From the IMG/VR virus record IMGVR_UViG_3300047497_000079, positions 1 through 64,000 of that record: a stretch of DNA of 64,000 nt; one strand, 5' to 3'. The notes beneath the pieces are model-generated. The model was not told the DNA's origin. It worked only from the letters and a program-made list of their open reading frames with translations, and ran no database searches. Shown here in pieces: positions 28,459-37,453 of this stretch. The position numbers and the translations under genes were made by a program. The DNA comes from a virus. Position 1 is the stretch's first letter. Every line of letters starts with the position of its first letter.

Positions 28459-28677
28459 TTGCCAGAGTTTATTAAAGTCGTAAATGCCGACCACTGCATC
28501 AGAGACAAAAAAAGCAAGTGCGTCTCGTCAACAAATGTTGCTGCTCTAAAGCAGTACAAACGTAACAAAGCCACGGTCGCTTCCCGTGATAATCGAATAA
28601 ATAATTTGGAGACCGAAATCTCCGAACTTAAAGAATTAGTCCAACAAATAGCGAATGTCGTACTTAAACACAGTTAG
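28459..28677 (+). CDS. small coiled-coil protein
   Basis: RD..S...STN..Y..K..INNLE..ISELKEL pattern typical after this gene in T4-like phages. Confidence 0.65.
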   Translation: MPEFIKVVNADHCIRDKKSKCVSSTNVAALKQYKRNKATVASRDNRINNLETEISELKELVQQIANVVLKHS

Positions 28678-30079
28678 CCTATCTAATACCGTCAATGATT
28701 ATGTGAATGCACTCGACGCGGCAATCGGATGGATAAATTCCGTTACCACGGGTCTCAATGTCGTCACGGCAAATTCGATCTCGGCTAATTCTGGAAGCAT
28801 CTTATCGCTAGGTGCGAACTCCGTTTCTGCCAATTCCTTAGCCGTCGTAAATACGTTAACTCTCGGGGGTGTTAACGTCGCCATTCAGAGTACCAATATC
28901 ATTGGCGCGGGTCTTATTTCCGGTTCGGGCAATCTTGCTGCCAATGTGACCCTAACGGTAACGGCCGCCGCAGGGTCGGATATCAACGCTGGAACGAATA
29001 ATTCGATTGTTGTGACGCCCTATGCGCTCGCACAGTCAAATTTGAGCATTAGTGCCTTGAATCTAAAGGCTCCGTTGGCATCCCCGGCCTTGACCGGAAC
29101 GCCCACGGCACCCACCCCGGCCAATACGTCGAATGCAAACACCGTGGCTACGACGGCGTTTGTCAACAATGTACTTTCGAGCTATGCTTCTCTAAATGCA
29201 CCTACTTTTTCAGGTGTTCCTTCGTGTAGTACCGCCGCTATTGGTGCAGCCAATAGCCAAATTGCAACTACTTATTTTGTCGCGCAGTCTGTAGCTACCA
29301 TAAATTCTCCAGCATTGACGGGAACACCGACAGCTCCCACCCCCGCAAATACGTCCAATGCCAATACAATTGCTACGACAGCTTACGTAAAAAATAATTT
29401 GGCCTCTTATCTACCGCTATCAGGTGGAACAGTGACTGGTTCATTGGGTGTTACCGGTTCATTGACCGTTAACACTGGTAGTCTAGGGAATACATATGCC
29501 TCTGGTTTAACCCTTTACTCAAGTGATTATACGGGCAATTCGACTTCACCAACAGAATTAGTCATTCAAACCAATGGCGTGACGGGAAATTGGCAGATTA
29601 ATCTATGGAATGGATCTGGATCGACCGGAAGTCTTAATTTTGGAATGCCATCAGTAACAGCGACAACCCCTTCTTTTGGAGATAACTCTACTAAATTAGC
29701 GACCACGGCTTTTGTCAGCCAAGCTATTTCTAATTCTTCAAGTATTGCGTTTCTGAACAAAACTGCACAGAGCTTTTCAGGAGGATTTAGGGTAACCTCT
29801 TATAGCGTAGGGACCGGTTCGTTTACGTGCGACCCTGGAAACGGTCCTTATCAATATGTCACGAATAATGGAAGCATGACGATTACCGCTCCATCTTATG
29901 ATGGCGGATTTGATCTCCTAATTACCAATACGAGTACGCCAGGTGTCGTAGCATTTTCAGGCTTCACAGTAAATAGTTCAACTGGTGATACAATCACAAC
30001 ATCCGCAAGTGCTGAGTTTATCGTTTCAATTAGACGCATAAATGGCGTATCTACATACTTTGTAAAGGCACTTCAGTAA
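28655..30079 (+). CDS. tail fibre protein
   Basis: Repeated SPALTGTPTAPTP..IATTAFV fibre motifs. Confidence 0.8.
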   Translation: MSYLNTVSLSNTVNDYVNALDAAIGWINSVTTGLNVVTANSISANSGSILSLGANSVSANSLAVVNTLTLGGVNVAIQSTNIIGAGLISGSGNLAANVTLTVTAAAGSDINAGTNNSIVVTPYALAQSNLSISALNLKAPLASPALTGTPTAPTPANTSNANTVATTAFVNNVLSSYASLNAPTFSGVPSCSTAAIGAANSQIATTYFVAQSVATINSPALTGTPTAPTPANTSNANTIATTAYVKNNLASYLPLSGGTVTGSLGVTGSLTVNTGSLGNTYASGLTLYSSDYTGNSTSPTELVIQTNGVTGNWQINLWNGSGSTGSLNFGMPSVTATTPSFGDNSTKLATTAFVSQAISNSSSIAFLNKTAQSFSGGFRVTSYSVGTGSFTCDPGNGPYQYVTNNGSMTITAPSYDGGFDLLITNTSTPGVVAFSGFTVNSSTGDTITTSASAEFIVSIRRINGVSTYFVKALQ

Positions 30080-30080
30080 C

Positions 30081-31160
30081 ATGTTTTTCCCGGTCGGCAT
30101 CTTTGGGGGGACGACGCCATATTCAAATACTTGGAATGAAATTTCTTCTTATCCCATAAGTGTAGGTGGTCTATCTGCTGTTACACTTTCTAACAATTAT
30201 GTAATAGCCTTTGGTGGAAATTTCCCGATTACTCCAGAGACTTATGCAAGTGTGTCGACTTCTACTACATCATATGGTTATTCTGTTGTCACCAATTCTT
30301 GGAGTGAATTGGCAAACGTACCTTTGGGTATATGTTTCAATGGAGTAGCTGTTCTCTCCAACAATAGTGTTGTTACTGTAGGCGGTTCTTGGTCTAACTC
30401 GGGATATTATTCAGGAAGCTCCGCTTATTGGAATTATTATTCTTTACTAGAACCGACAAGCAATTGTTACTTATATAGTCCTAGCGCAAATTCTTGGAGT
30501 GCATTCTCATCTTATCCAATTGCAGCAACGGGTGTAACTTGTTCAACACTTTTAAATGGCAATGTTTTAGCTGTAGGCGGTGATGCTTGGAGTTACAGTC
30601 AAAATTTATCAACCCAAGTCAATTATGTTAATGAAACCTTTATCACTCAGTCGTGTTATCTTCTTAATGGTAACACTTGGAATAGTGCAGCATCTTACCC
30701 AATTCCTATTACGAATGCAGGTTCAGCAAGATTTCCAAATGGTTCCGTTTTAGTGGTCGGTGGATTTACAAATAACTCAATAGCTACGACATCATGTTAT
30801 CGATATGATCCGTCACCAAATACGTGGACACAAGTAAGCCATTTACCATTATCGCTTGGCTTTGTAAGTTGTTCACCTTTAAGAGATGGTACTGTATTAG
30901 CAGTTGGTGGTGCTTCCAGTAAAACGACAGCACCTTCGTCTGTGACATATAGATTTACTCCAAGCAGCAATACTTGGAGTAATGTTTCATCCTGCCCTTT
31001 AGGCGCAGGTGCCGTAGGGCTTACCAATTTAGCTAATGGTTCCGTTATCGCCGTCACCGGTGCTACAGGATTTGATTTAGCTGTGCAGGAAGATGGAAAC
31101 GACGATGTATCCTGTACTTTAGTTTCTTCCGTGACAAACTTGGGTTATAGATATGATTGA
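30081..31160 (+). CDS. Kelch-repeat beta-propeller protein (putative receptor-binding)
   Basis: About 6 repeats of L.NG.VL.VGG...Y.P..N.W. Confidence 0.8.
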   Translation: MFFPVGIFGGTTPYSNTWNEISSYPISVGGLSAVTLSNNYVIAFGGNFPITPETYASVSTSTTSYGYSVVTNSWSELANVPLGICFNGVAVLSNNSVVTVGGSWSNSGYYSGSSAYWNYYSLLEPTSNCYLYSPSANSWSAFSSYPIAATGVTCSTLLNGNVLAVGGDAWSYSQNLSTQVNYVNETFITQSCYLLNGNTWNSAASYPIPITNAGSARFPNGSVLVVGGFTNNSIATTSCYRYDPSPNTWTQVSHLPLSLGFVSCSPLRDGTVLAVGGASSKTTAPSSVTYRFTPSSNTWSNVSSCPLGAGAVGLTNLANGSVIAVTGATGFDLAVQEDGNDDVSCTLVSSVTNLGYRYD

Positions 31161-31172
31161 ATAAATAATTGC

Positions 31173-31796
31173 ATGAATAATATCATTCCACTTCTCACTT
31201 TTGCATGGGCATGTGATCAAATCCTCGTTTACGAGGGTTCCGAATATACCGACGATCCCGATGACGCCGGTGGTCCCACTAAATGGGGTGTGACGCTCGA
31301 AGATTACCGCGAGAACATCAATCCACAGGGCACCGCGAATGACATCAAGAATTTGTCACGCGATACCGCTATTCAAGATTATAAGCTGCATTACTGGGAC
31401 CCCATAAAGGGAGACGACCTGCCATTCTATATGGCTTTCCTCATCTTCGATTTCGGGGTCAATTCCGGTATCGGTCATGCCGTGAAATATGCTCAGGCCG
31501 TTATGAACATCACTCAGGACGGTTCCGTAGGCCCTGTGTTTGAAGCGGCCGCCGCCGCGTTCAATCCTACGACTTTCATCGAACAGTTTTCCGCTGCCAA
31601 GGAAACGTTTTATCGAGGTCTCGGTAACTTCTGGAAATATGGATCGGGATGGCTGTCTAGGGCCGAGACCTCCAAGGCCCTTGCTACGGCAATTGTCACC
31701 GAATTCGGTGCGGCCAAAGTCACCCCTGATGATACGACTACGGAGGACACTCCGGACGTCGCTCAAGGCGACCTCCTGGTTAAGAGTACTCAATAA
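31173..31796 (+). CDS. endolysin, glycoside hydrolase family 108
   Basis: EGSEYTDDPDDAGGPTKWGVT; FDFGVNSG; GWLSR. Confidence 0.85.
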   Translation: MNNIIPLLTFAWACDQILVYEGSEYTDDPDDAGGPTKWGVTLEDYRENINPQGTANDIKNLSRDTAIQDYKLHYWDPIKGDDLPFYMAFLIFDFGVNSGIGHAVKYAQAVMNITQDGSVGPVFEAAAAAFNPTTFIEQFSAAKETFYRGLGNFWKYGSGWLSRAETSKALATAIVTEFGAAKVTPDDTTTEDTPDVAQGDLLVKSTQ

Positions 31797-31829
31797 AAAA
31801 GCGGCGGTATCACCCGCCGCTTTTTGTTT
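31795..31829. terminator. bidirectional terminator
   Basis: AAAAAAGCGGCGG tatcac CCGCCGCTTTTT. Confidence 0.8.
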
Positions 31830-31843
31830 GCGCGTCAGCTCGT

Positions 31844-32104
31844 CTAATTCATAACACGCCGGCGGGATCCATTGGAATTCGCCCCGCCTTTCCTTCCTGC
31901 CGCGGCCGCTAAGTCCCTATTGAGGGAAAACGAGCGCTTTTCGTTGGATACGTTCAACCCACCCTTCCGTCCAGCCCTCACCGCCAAGTCCCGATCCTTG
32001 GAAAACGCGCGATCTTTTGCTTTGACCGCATGTCCTCCCATCGCTGCAATTTTTCTCCGTTTTTCGAGGTCCATGGACGCAAAGCCTCTGCTCTTCATGA
32101 TCAA
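31844..32104 (-). CDS. KGG-repeat general stress protein (YciG/GsiB-like)
   Basis: RGFASMD.EKRR.IA..GG; repeated FS.DRDLA..AGRKGG. Confidence 0.85.
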   Translation of the reverse strand: MIMKSRGFASMDLEKRRKIAAMGGHAVKAKDRAFSKDRDLAVRAGRKGGLNVSNEKRSFSLNRDLAAAAGRKGGANSNGSRRRVMN

Positions 32105-32171
32105 CTATCCTTTCGATTAGCTTGCCGGATCAATAAATACTCGAAGCAAGTTCGAGCGAGAACTCAAATAT

Positions 32172-32912
32172 ATGACGAAACCTACCAACCGGGAAGAGCT
32201 AAAGTGTTATGCGCTAAGAGCACTTGGTCAACCTGTTATTAACGTAAATGTGTCTGATGATCAGTTGGAGGACCGTCTCGACGATGCCTTGAGCATCTTC
32301 CGGGAATGGCATCATCTTGGGACGGTGCGTGGCTATCTGAAATACCAGATGCAGGCCCAGGATATCACTAACGAGTATCTCACTCTCCCTGAAAACGTTC
32401 AGGAGGTCACGCGGCTGCTAAACTACGATACATCCTATGGAGCGGCTCTGTTTTCACCAATCCCGTACGCCAAATATACATATATGTATAATTACAATTT
32501 CGGCGGCGGCGCGGGGCAGATCTATGGATATTCGGTCGCTCTATCGAACCTGGAGCAGCTCGACGAGCAGCTCGGCCAGAAGATGGATTTTCAGTACAAT
32601 CGCTATAATAACCAGCTCTTCATCGAGACCGATTGGGTCGACTTTCAGGCTGGGAATTACCTCGTCATGGAGGCTTATTTCACCCAGGACGTGGAAGGCA
32701 TGTATGGCGACATCTGGCTTCAGCGCTATTTCACGGCGCTCGTTAAGAAACAGTGGGGCAACAACCTCGGAAAGTATTCGAACATACAGCTCTTGAACGG
32801 AATCACGTTCAACGGTGAGCAGATCATGGCTCAGGCCGAAGCCGACATCGAAAAACTGACAGAGGACCTGGAGAAGAAGTTCACGCTTCCGGCTATTGGT
32901 TTGATTTACTAA
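32172..32912 (+). CDS. gp13: neck protein gp13
   Basis: ELKCYALRALGQPVINVNVSDDQLEDR; KKQWGNNLGKY. Confidence 0.92.
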   Translation: MTKPTNREELKCYALRALGQPVINVNVSDDQLEDRLDDALSIFREWHHLGTVRGYLKYQMQAQDITNEYLTLPENVQEVTRLLNYDTSYGAALFSPIPYAKYTYMYNYNFGGGAGQIYGYSVALSNLEQLDEQLGQKMDFQYNRYNNQLFIETDWVDFQAGNYLVMEAYFTQDVEGMYGDIWLQRYFTALVKKQWGNNLGKYSNIQLLNGITFNGEQIMAQAEADIEKLTEDLEKKFTLPAIGLIY

Positions 32913-33304
32913 TGCTTGGATTTGCGCAGTTTGTAAGGGAAGAGATCGGTGACCCTTTAAACTCCGATCACATGACACATCACTTGCCTCATTCGCCTTA
33001 TGGTGATCATTCGAACCCCAGAGGCTTGCTCAAGCTTTTTGCTGCCACACGGGCCAAAGCTACCGCGCGTAGGTCTGAACCTGAGAACGTGCCTTTGCAC
33101 CGTATACGGGCGACCAATAAATACATTGGCAAAAAGCGTGGCAAGTACGACGCCTTCCCCGATCACGAAGAGCCGGTCCTCGCGAAGGTTCTAGGCACTT
33201 ATCATATCCTCGACGGTCATCATCGTATTCATAGAGCCGTCGAGAAACGTGCTAAGTCCGTTCGGGCTCATGTCTACCATGTGAAGAAACACGAGGTAGA
33301 GTGA
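32912..33304 (+). CDS. putative internal head protein with ParB/Srx-like domain
   Basis: MLGFAQFVREE; ILDGHHR. Confidence 0.7.
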   Translation: MLGFAQFVREEIGDPLNSDHMTHHLPHSPYGDHSNPRGLLKLFAATRAKATARRSEPENVPLHRIRATNKYIGKKRGKYDAFPDHEEPVLAKVLGTYHILDGHHRIHRAVEKRAKSVRAHVYHVKKHEVE

Positions 33305-33726
33305 TGAAGTCTTTTCATCGATTCGTTGTTGAAGTTAATGAGTTTGAGCGCTTGCATCCGCGCGACGATAATGGACAATTTACGGATAAAATCATACAGG
33401 GCATGAGGGAGCTTGACCGCCATTTTGATAGAGCAGGTGATTACCTAGAGAGGAAATATGGTAATAGTTTCAGGAAAGCGATGGATAAGGAGATAAATCG
33501 CCCTACTTCGGATGCTATGAAAGATCTGGCTCTATCAATGGTTCCAGGATATGGTCTCTATAAACAAGCAAAGAAGTTCAGTCAAATAGCAAATGCTAGA
33601 GGTTATCGCTGGTATTATCCTAAATACGATCCTATGTTGGATAAACGGCTTACTCCAAAAGAGAGAAAAAAACTTTTGAAAGGCAAACAGTCTGGGTTGT
33701 CAAAAAAGCCGACATTAAGAAAATAA
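33301..33726 (+). CDS. putative internal head protein
   Basis: MKSFHRFVVE; HPRDDNGQF motif. Confidence 0.7.
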   Translation: MMKSFHRFVVEVNEFERLHPRDDNGQFTDKIIQGMRELDRHFDRAGDYLERKYGNSFRKAMDKEINRPTSDAMKDLALSMVPGYGLYKQAKKFSQIANARGYRWYYPKYDPMLDKRLTPKERKKLLKGKQSGLSKKPTLRK

Positions 33727-33727
33727 T

Positions 33728-34546
33728 ATGCCTTTAAATCCTTATTTTCAGAACTACACTAGCCTAAATGAGATGAATCTCTTACGTGCGCTTACCGAAG
33801 AGGCCATCCAGATCGGTGGCATCCTCGTCTATTACATGCCGCGTACGGCTGGTTATGTTGATCCCCTGCTAGGGGAAGACTCGCTGTCCGAATACCCCTT
33901 GTGCGTCGACATGGAAGCCTTCCCGGAGACCATAGAGAACTGGGGCGGCACAGGCGAACTCATCTCACGCTTCACCGGCCTCACGTTCGACGAGAAGCTT
34001 ACTCTATCCATCGCGCAGCACCGCTGGGCGCAAGAGCGCAACGAGATGCTCTATTTCACGACGGCCGAGATGATCACCTACGCCGGCACGAACCTGTTCA
34101 CGCTCACCGGGGGTGTCGAACAGTCGTCCTCGGGCTATGTGCTGCCGAACGTCCCGAAGGAAAACGATCTCATCTTCATCCCGACCTTCAACCGGATCTT
34201 CGTCATCAACCACGTCGACCGTGACAAGGACTTCTTCCCCCTTGGCGTGCTGCCGACATACACCCTTACCTGCGGTGTATGGGATTACTCATCCGAACGG
34301 CTGTCTACGGGCTTCACGGGCATCGATATCTTCCAGACCCAGTATTCGACCGATGTCCTCTCACAGGGTCAGATCATAGATGCTACGGGCAACAACGTCC
34401 TCACGTCCTCGGGCGATCTCCTCATCGACAATACCGATACGCTCGACAACGATCCTTTCGCGGGTAACGACGAGATCCAAGGCACGGCAGATGTGTCGGT
34501 TATCTGCGATGAAGACAATCCCCTGGCCGGGAAGAAAACGTATTAA
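33728..34546 (+). CDS. gp14: neck protein gp14
   Basis: LNPYF..EAIQIGG..YYMPR..LGED..PKENDLIFIP. Confidence 0.88.
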   Translation: MPLNPYFQNYTSLNEMNLLRALTEEAIQIGGILVYYMPRTAGYVDPLLGEDSLSEYPLCVDMEAFPETIENWGGTGELISRFTGLTFDEKLTLSIAQHRWAQERNEMLYFTTAEMITYAGTNLFTLTGGVEQSSSGYVLPNVPKENDLIFIPTFNRIFVINHVDRDKDFFPLGVLPTYTLTCGVWDYSSERLSTGFTGIDIFQTQYSTDVLSQGQIIDATGNNVLTSSGDLLIDNTDTLDNDPFAGNDEIQGTADVSVICDEDNPLAGKKTY

Positions 34547-34560
34547 AAGGAATAACGGCA

Positions 34561-34905
34561 ATGAATAAAAAAATGGAGCAAACTGCTGCCAGACACAAGT
34601 CGAGAGCATTGCATCACCACAGAGAATATGTGGAACATAGTATTTTAGCTGATCATCATAAAAAACAAGCAGAACATTTTCAGCAAAAAGCACAACATCA
34701 CTGGGACAAAGCTCATGCTTCTGCTTATGGAACTAAAGAATATGAACAACATTTTCGTGAAGCGAGAGCACATGAACATGTAGCTGGCTATCATTACAAC
34801 CATTCTAATGATGCCAGCAACAAGGCTAGTAATCATAATATTCTGTATAAACATTATCGTAAGGCCCATGCAACCTTGATGCGGTCTGCTAAAAAACTGA
34901 AGTGA
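34561..34905 (+). CDS. His-rich basic helical protein
   Basis: 19 His in 114 aa; AT-rich insert between gp14 and gp15. Confidence 0.7.
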   Translation: MNKKMEQTAARHKSRALHHHREYVEHSILADHHKKQAEHFQQKAQHHWDKAHASAYGTKEYEQHFREARAHEHVAGYHYNHSNDASNKASNHNILYKHYRKAHATLMRSAKKLK

Positions 34906-34923
34906 TGTTCATATAAATAGTAG

Positions 34924-35859
34924 ATGTTTGGCAACGCCTACTTCTTCAACGGCCTCCTCCGCATCTATATCGCCGTGTTCGGTAAGATGTTCGACGACAT
35001 CCGAATCCAGCGTAAGGACGCCTCGGGGAATACAATCCAGGAGCTGCCCGTCTCGGTTTCCTATGGTCCCAAGGAAAAGTGGCTAAGAAGGATCACCGAA
35101 GATCCGAACATGACCCAGCAGCTCGCATTCATTACGCCTCGCATGGCCTATGAGATGACGGGCCTTCAGCACGTTCCCGAACAGCAGACATCCCAGCTCC
35201 AGCGCCTCACGAACGTTACATCGGGCCAGGAGATGCTTTCCCAGTACAAGTGGACGACCTACAAGCTCAATTTCGCCCTGTACGTTCAGGCGAAGAACGA
35301 GATGGACCATTTCAACATCGTCGAGCAGATCATCCCGTTCTTCACTCCAGACTGGACGATGAAGGTCAACACCGTCCCGGCCATGGGCTACGAAGACAAG
35401 GTTTCCACGACCCTTGACAATCTCACGATTGACAAGATGTACGAAGGAGATCTCGATTCCAAACGGGTAATTACCTGGACACTTAATTTTACGATGACGG
35501 CTCGCTTCTATGGGCCGATCTATCAACAGGGTCCAATCCGCCGCGTGCTGATAGACCTTCTTGTTCCGGGTGGTACGGATCCCATCACCGTCGAAGACAT
35601 CGTCGACACACCCCGCTCCGTGCGTATCACAGTCACCCCTGGTGAAACGGCCAATGGCTACCCGACGACCGACCCCAACCAGTCCAAACCCTGGAACGAA
35701 ATCAACGCTTCGGATGTGACGATGGACGGCCAGCAAGCTTGGGCTTACATCACGAAGATCATGGAATATGATGATAACAATCAGTTCAATCCGAATACCC
35801 TTACGGACCAGCCCGTAGGAACATTCCCCGTCGAAGCTATTCTCCGCACGGAAGAGTAG
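34924..35859 (+). CDS. gp15: tail terminator / sheath stabilizer gp15
   Basis: FG..F..I.IQR..PVSVSYGPKEKW..PRMAYE..IVEQIIPFFTP. Confidence 0.92.
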   Translation: MFGNAYFFNGLLRIYIAVFGKMFDDIRIQRKDASGNTIQELPVSVSYGPKEKWLRRITEDPNMTQQLAFITPRMAYEMTGLQHVPEQQTSQLQRLTNVTSGQEMLSQYKWTTYKLNFALYVQAKNEMDHFNIVEQIIPFFTPDWTMKVNTVPAMGYEDKVSTTLDNLTIDKMYEGDLDSKRVITWTLNFTMTARFYGPIYQQGPIRRVLIDLLVPGGTDPITVEDIVDTPRSVRITVTPGETANGYPTTDPNQSKPWNEINASDVTMDGQQAWAYITKIMEYDDNNQFNPNTLTDQPVGTFPVEAILRTEE

Positions 35860-35876
35860 AATTCGGCGTTTTGGCG

Positions 35877-35905
35877 TTGCCAAAATCCCACATGGTTACT
35901 ATACT
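35877..35905 (+). promoter_or_regulatory. sigma70-type promoter
   Basis: TTGCCA-17-TATACT upstream of ORFs 35936 and 36141. Confidence 0.65.
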
Positions 35906-35935
35906 GATCCCCTGTTAAATCGTCAGGGAAATGCC

Positions 35936-36136
35936 ATGCCTCGCTCAAATCACAAGTCTGCTAATCAGTCTCCCGAAGGCCGGTTCCTTCAAATGTTAGA
36001 AGCCGAAATGAGCCGGGAGCTTCTCCGGCGTGGGGTTCCTGAGGATACCGTCATAGATATATGCAACACGGCTTATAGGAATGCCGTTACCAAGTTTTCC
36101 GGCGGTCGCTGCCTTGAGCTGACGGCCCTTTCGTAA
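35936..36136 (+). CDS. hypothetical protein
   Basis: Follows the promoter. Confidence 0.55.
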   Translation: MPRSNHKSANQSPEGRFLQMLEAEMSRELLRRGVPEDTVIDICNTAYRNAVTKFSGGRCLELTALS

Positions 36137-36140
36137 GGAG

Positions 36141-36434
36141 GTGGTGATGGCGATGAAGGTTATTGAAACGAGACGGCGCGGGCCGTTTGGCAAGCTGATG
36201 AAAGGGCTGTTTATCGCGGGCAATCTAGTTATGTTTTTCGTTACCGTGGGCTTGTTCTGGGCGTTTGAACACGCGAAGCTCGATCCTGCGAATATCCACG
36301 ATACCAAGCTTCAAGACACACCATCGGCCGCTACGCTGGTCTTTACAATTCCTGCGTGGTTCGCGGTTTTCGTTGTCACGGGGATACTTGCTTTGATCAC
36401 CCGAGGCCAAAAGGTGTATGTGCAGGAAACTTGA
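36141..36434 (+). CDS. two-TM membrane protein
   Basis: TAAGGAGGT SD; RRRGPFGK..TM..TM. Confidence 0.7.
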   Translation: MVMAMKVIETRRRGPFGKLMKGLFIAGNLVMFFVTVGLFWAFEHAKLDPANIHDTKLQDTPSAATLVFTIPAWFAVFVVTGILALITRGQKVYVQET

Positions 36435-36436
36435 TC

Positions 36437-36510
36437 TGGTTCACCCTCATGGATTCGAACCACGGTTTTCTGATCCAAAGTCAGACGTCCTACCGCTAGA
36501 CGAAGGGTGA
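36437..36510 (-). tRNA. tRNA-Gln (TTG)
   Basis: Reverse complement TCACCCT..TCTGA ctTTGga TCAGA..GGTTCGAATCC..AGGGTGA A CCA. Confidence 0.92.
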
Positions 36511-36587
36511 TCTGAATAAATGAAACCCGGTACAGTTTCCTGTACCGGGTTTTTTGTTGCCTAGCACGTCGATGCGAGTGCGCCGTG

Positions 36588-37007
36588 TTACTCGGTGATG
36601 GCACTCATCATTTGCTGCGCTTGAAGGCTTTCTTCAATAGCCGATTGCACCGCGCCGATGAACTGTGATTTTGCATCCTCACGGGCGTTTTCCGGGGCCG
36701 TGGACAGGATGAAGCCCGTGACAATTGCCAGAGCCGCTAGGCACACATTGTGGCCGTGCTCAGCGTCGTCGGGCAGGAGATCGATGATCTTCTCGGCGAG
36801 TTCTTCGACTTGAGTCTCGGCGTCGCCTTGGGGACCGGGGACGCCGGTATCGGAAGCGAAATCTGCAAGGCCCGCGCCGATGCTGTTGAGAGTAGTGTCA
36901 CCCGCTTCAACTTGCATATCGCCGGGGAAAGCCTGATCAAGAGAGTTCATCATGAGAGTATCCTCTGGGTTAGTGGTAGGGCGAATATGGATAGTACGCC
37001 CTACCAT
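36588..37007 (-). CDS. hypothetical protein
   Basis: Acidic ORF followed by a terminator hairpin at about 36523-36555. Confidence 0.6.
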   Translation of the reverse strand: MVGRTIHIRPTTNPEDTLMMNSLDQAFPGDMQVEAGDTTLNSIGAGLADFASDTGVPGPQGDAETQVEELAEKIIDLLPDDAEHGHNVCLAALAIVTGFILSTAPENAREDAKSQFIGAVQSAIEESLQAQQMMSAITE

Positions 37008-37186
37008 TCCAGGGATTTAGGCAGCTTTTGAGCTAGTAACCTTAACGGGACAAACTACGTCTTTGCAGGTTACCATATAACTTGTTTTGCCCCACTGACC
37101 AGATTTGATGTGTCTACAGACATAAAAAATCAAAATGTCTTCAGAAAAAGGGGAAACTTCAAGGATCTTGATCGGTTCGCCATGTT

Positions 37187-37453
37187 TTATGTCGCGCCGG
37201 TCGCTGCCCAGGTATAAGTGACTTCCGCTCCAATACCAAATCCTTGCTCTGTGGCGATTTCAACGACGATATCCTTCAAGATGTAGGCCATATCGTCGAG
37301 CGCATCATACAAATTATAGATCTCAGTCTGAAACTCGTTCTCCCACCGGCTCGTCAGCTCCTCCAACTTGCTGGAAATGTTATCCTGTGTGGTCCTGACG
37401 CGCTTCTCCAATTCGAGCAGTGTCTCTGTGTTATGCTGTATTCTGAACTCCAT
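37187..37453 (-). CDS. acidic hypothetical protein coupled to the integrase
   Basis: Overlaps the integrase stop. Confidence 0.55.
   Translation of the reverse strand: MEFRIQHNTETLLELEKRVRTTQDNISSKLEELTSRWENEFQTEIYNLYDALDDMAYILKDIVVEIATEQGFGIGAEVTYTWAATGAT

Noticed and set aside
28655-31160. Diversity-generating retroelement target in the fibre or Kelch genes
   Set aside because: No reverse transcriptase and no adenine-variable TR/VR pair seen; the repeats are ordinary protein repeats
9873-35859. Stop-codon reassignment as seen in some large phages
   Set aside because: Core genes are full length in the standard code, TAA, TAG and TGA are all used as stops, and no suppressor tRNA is present
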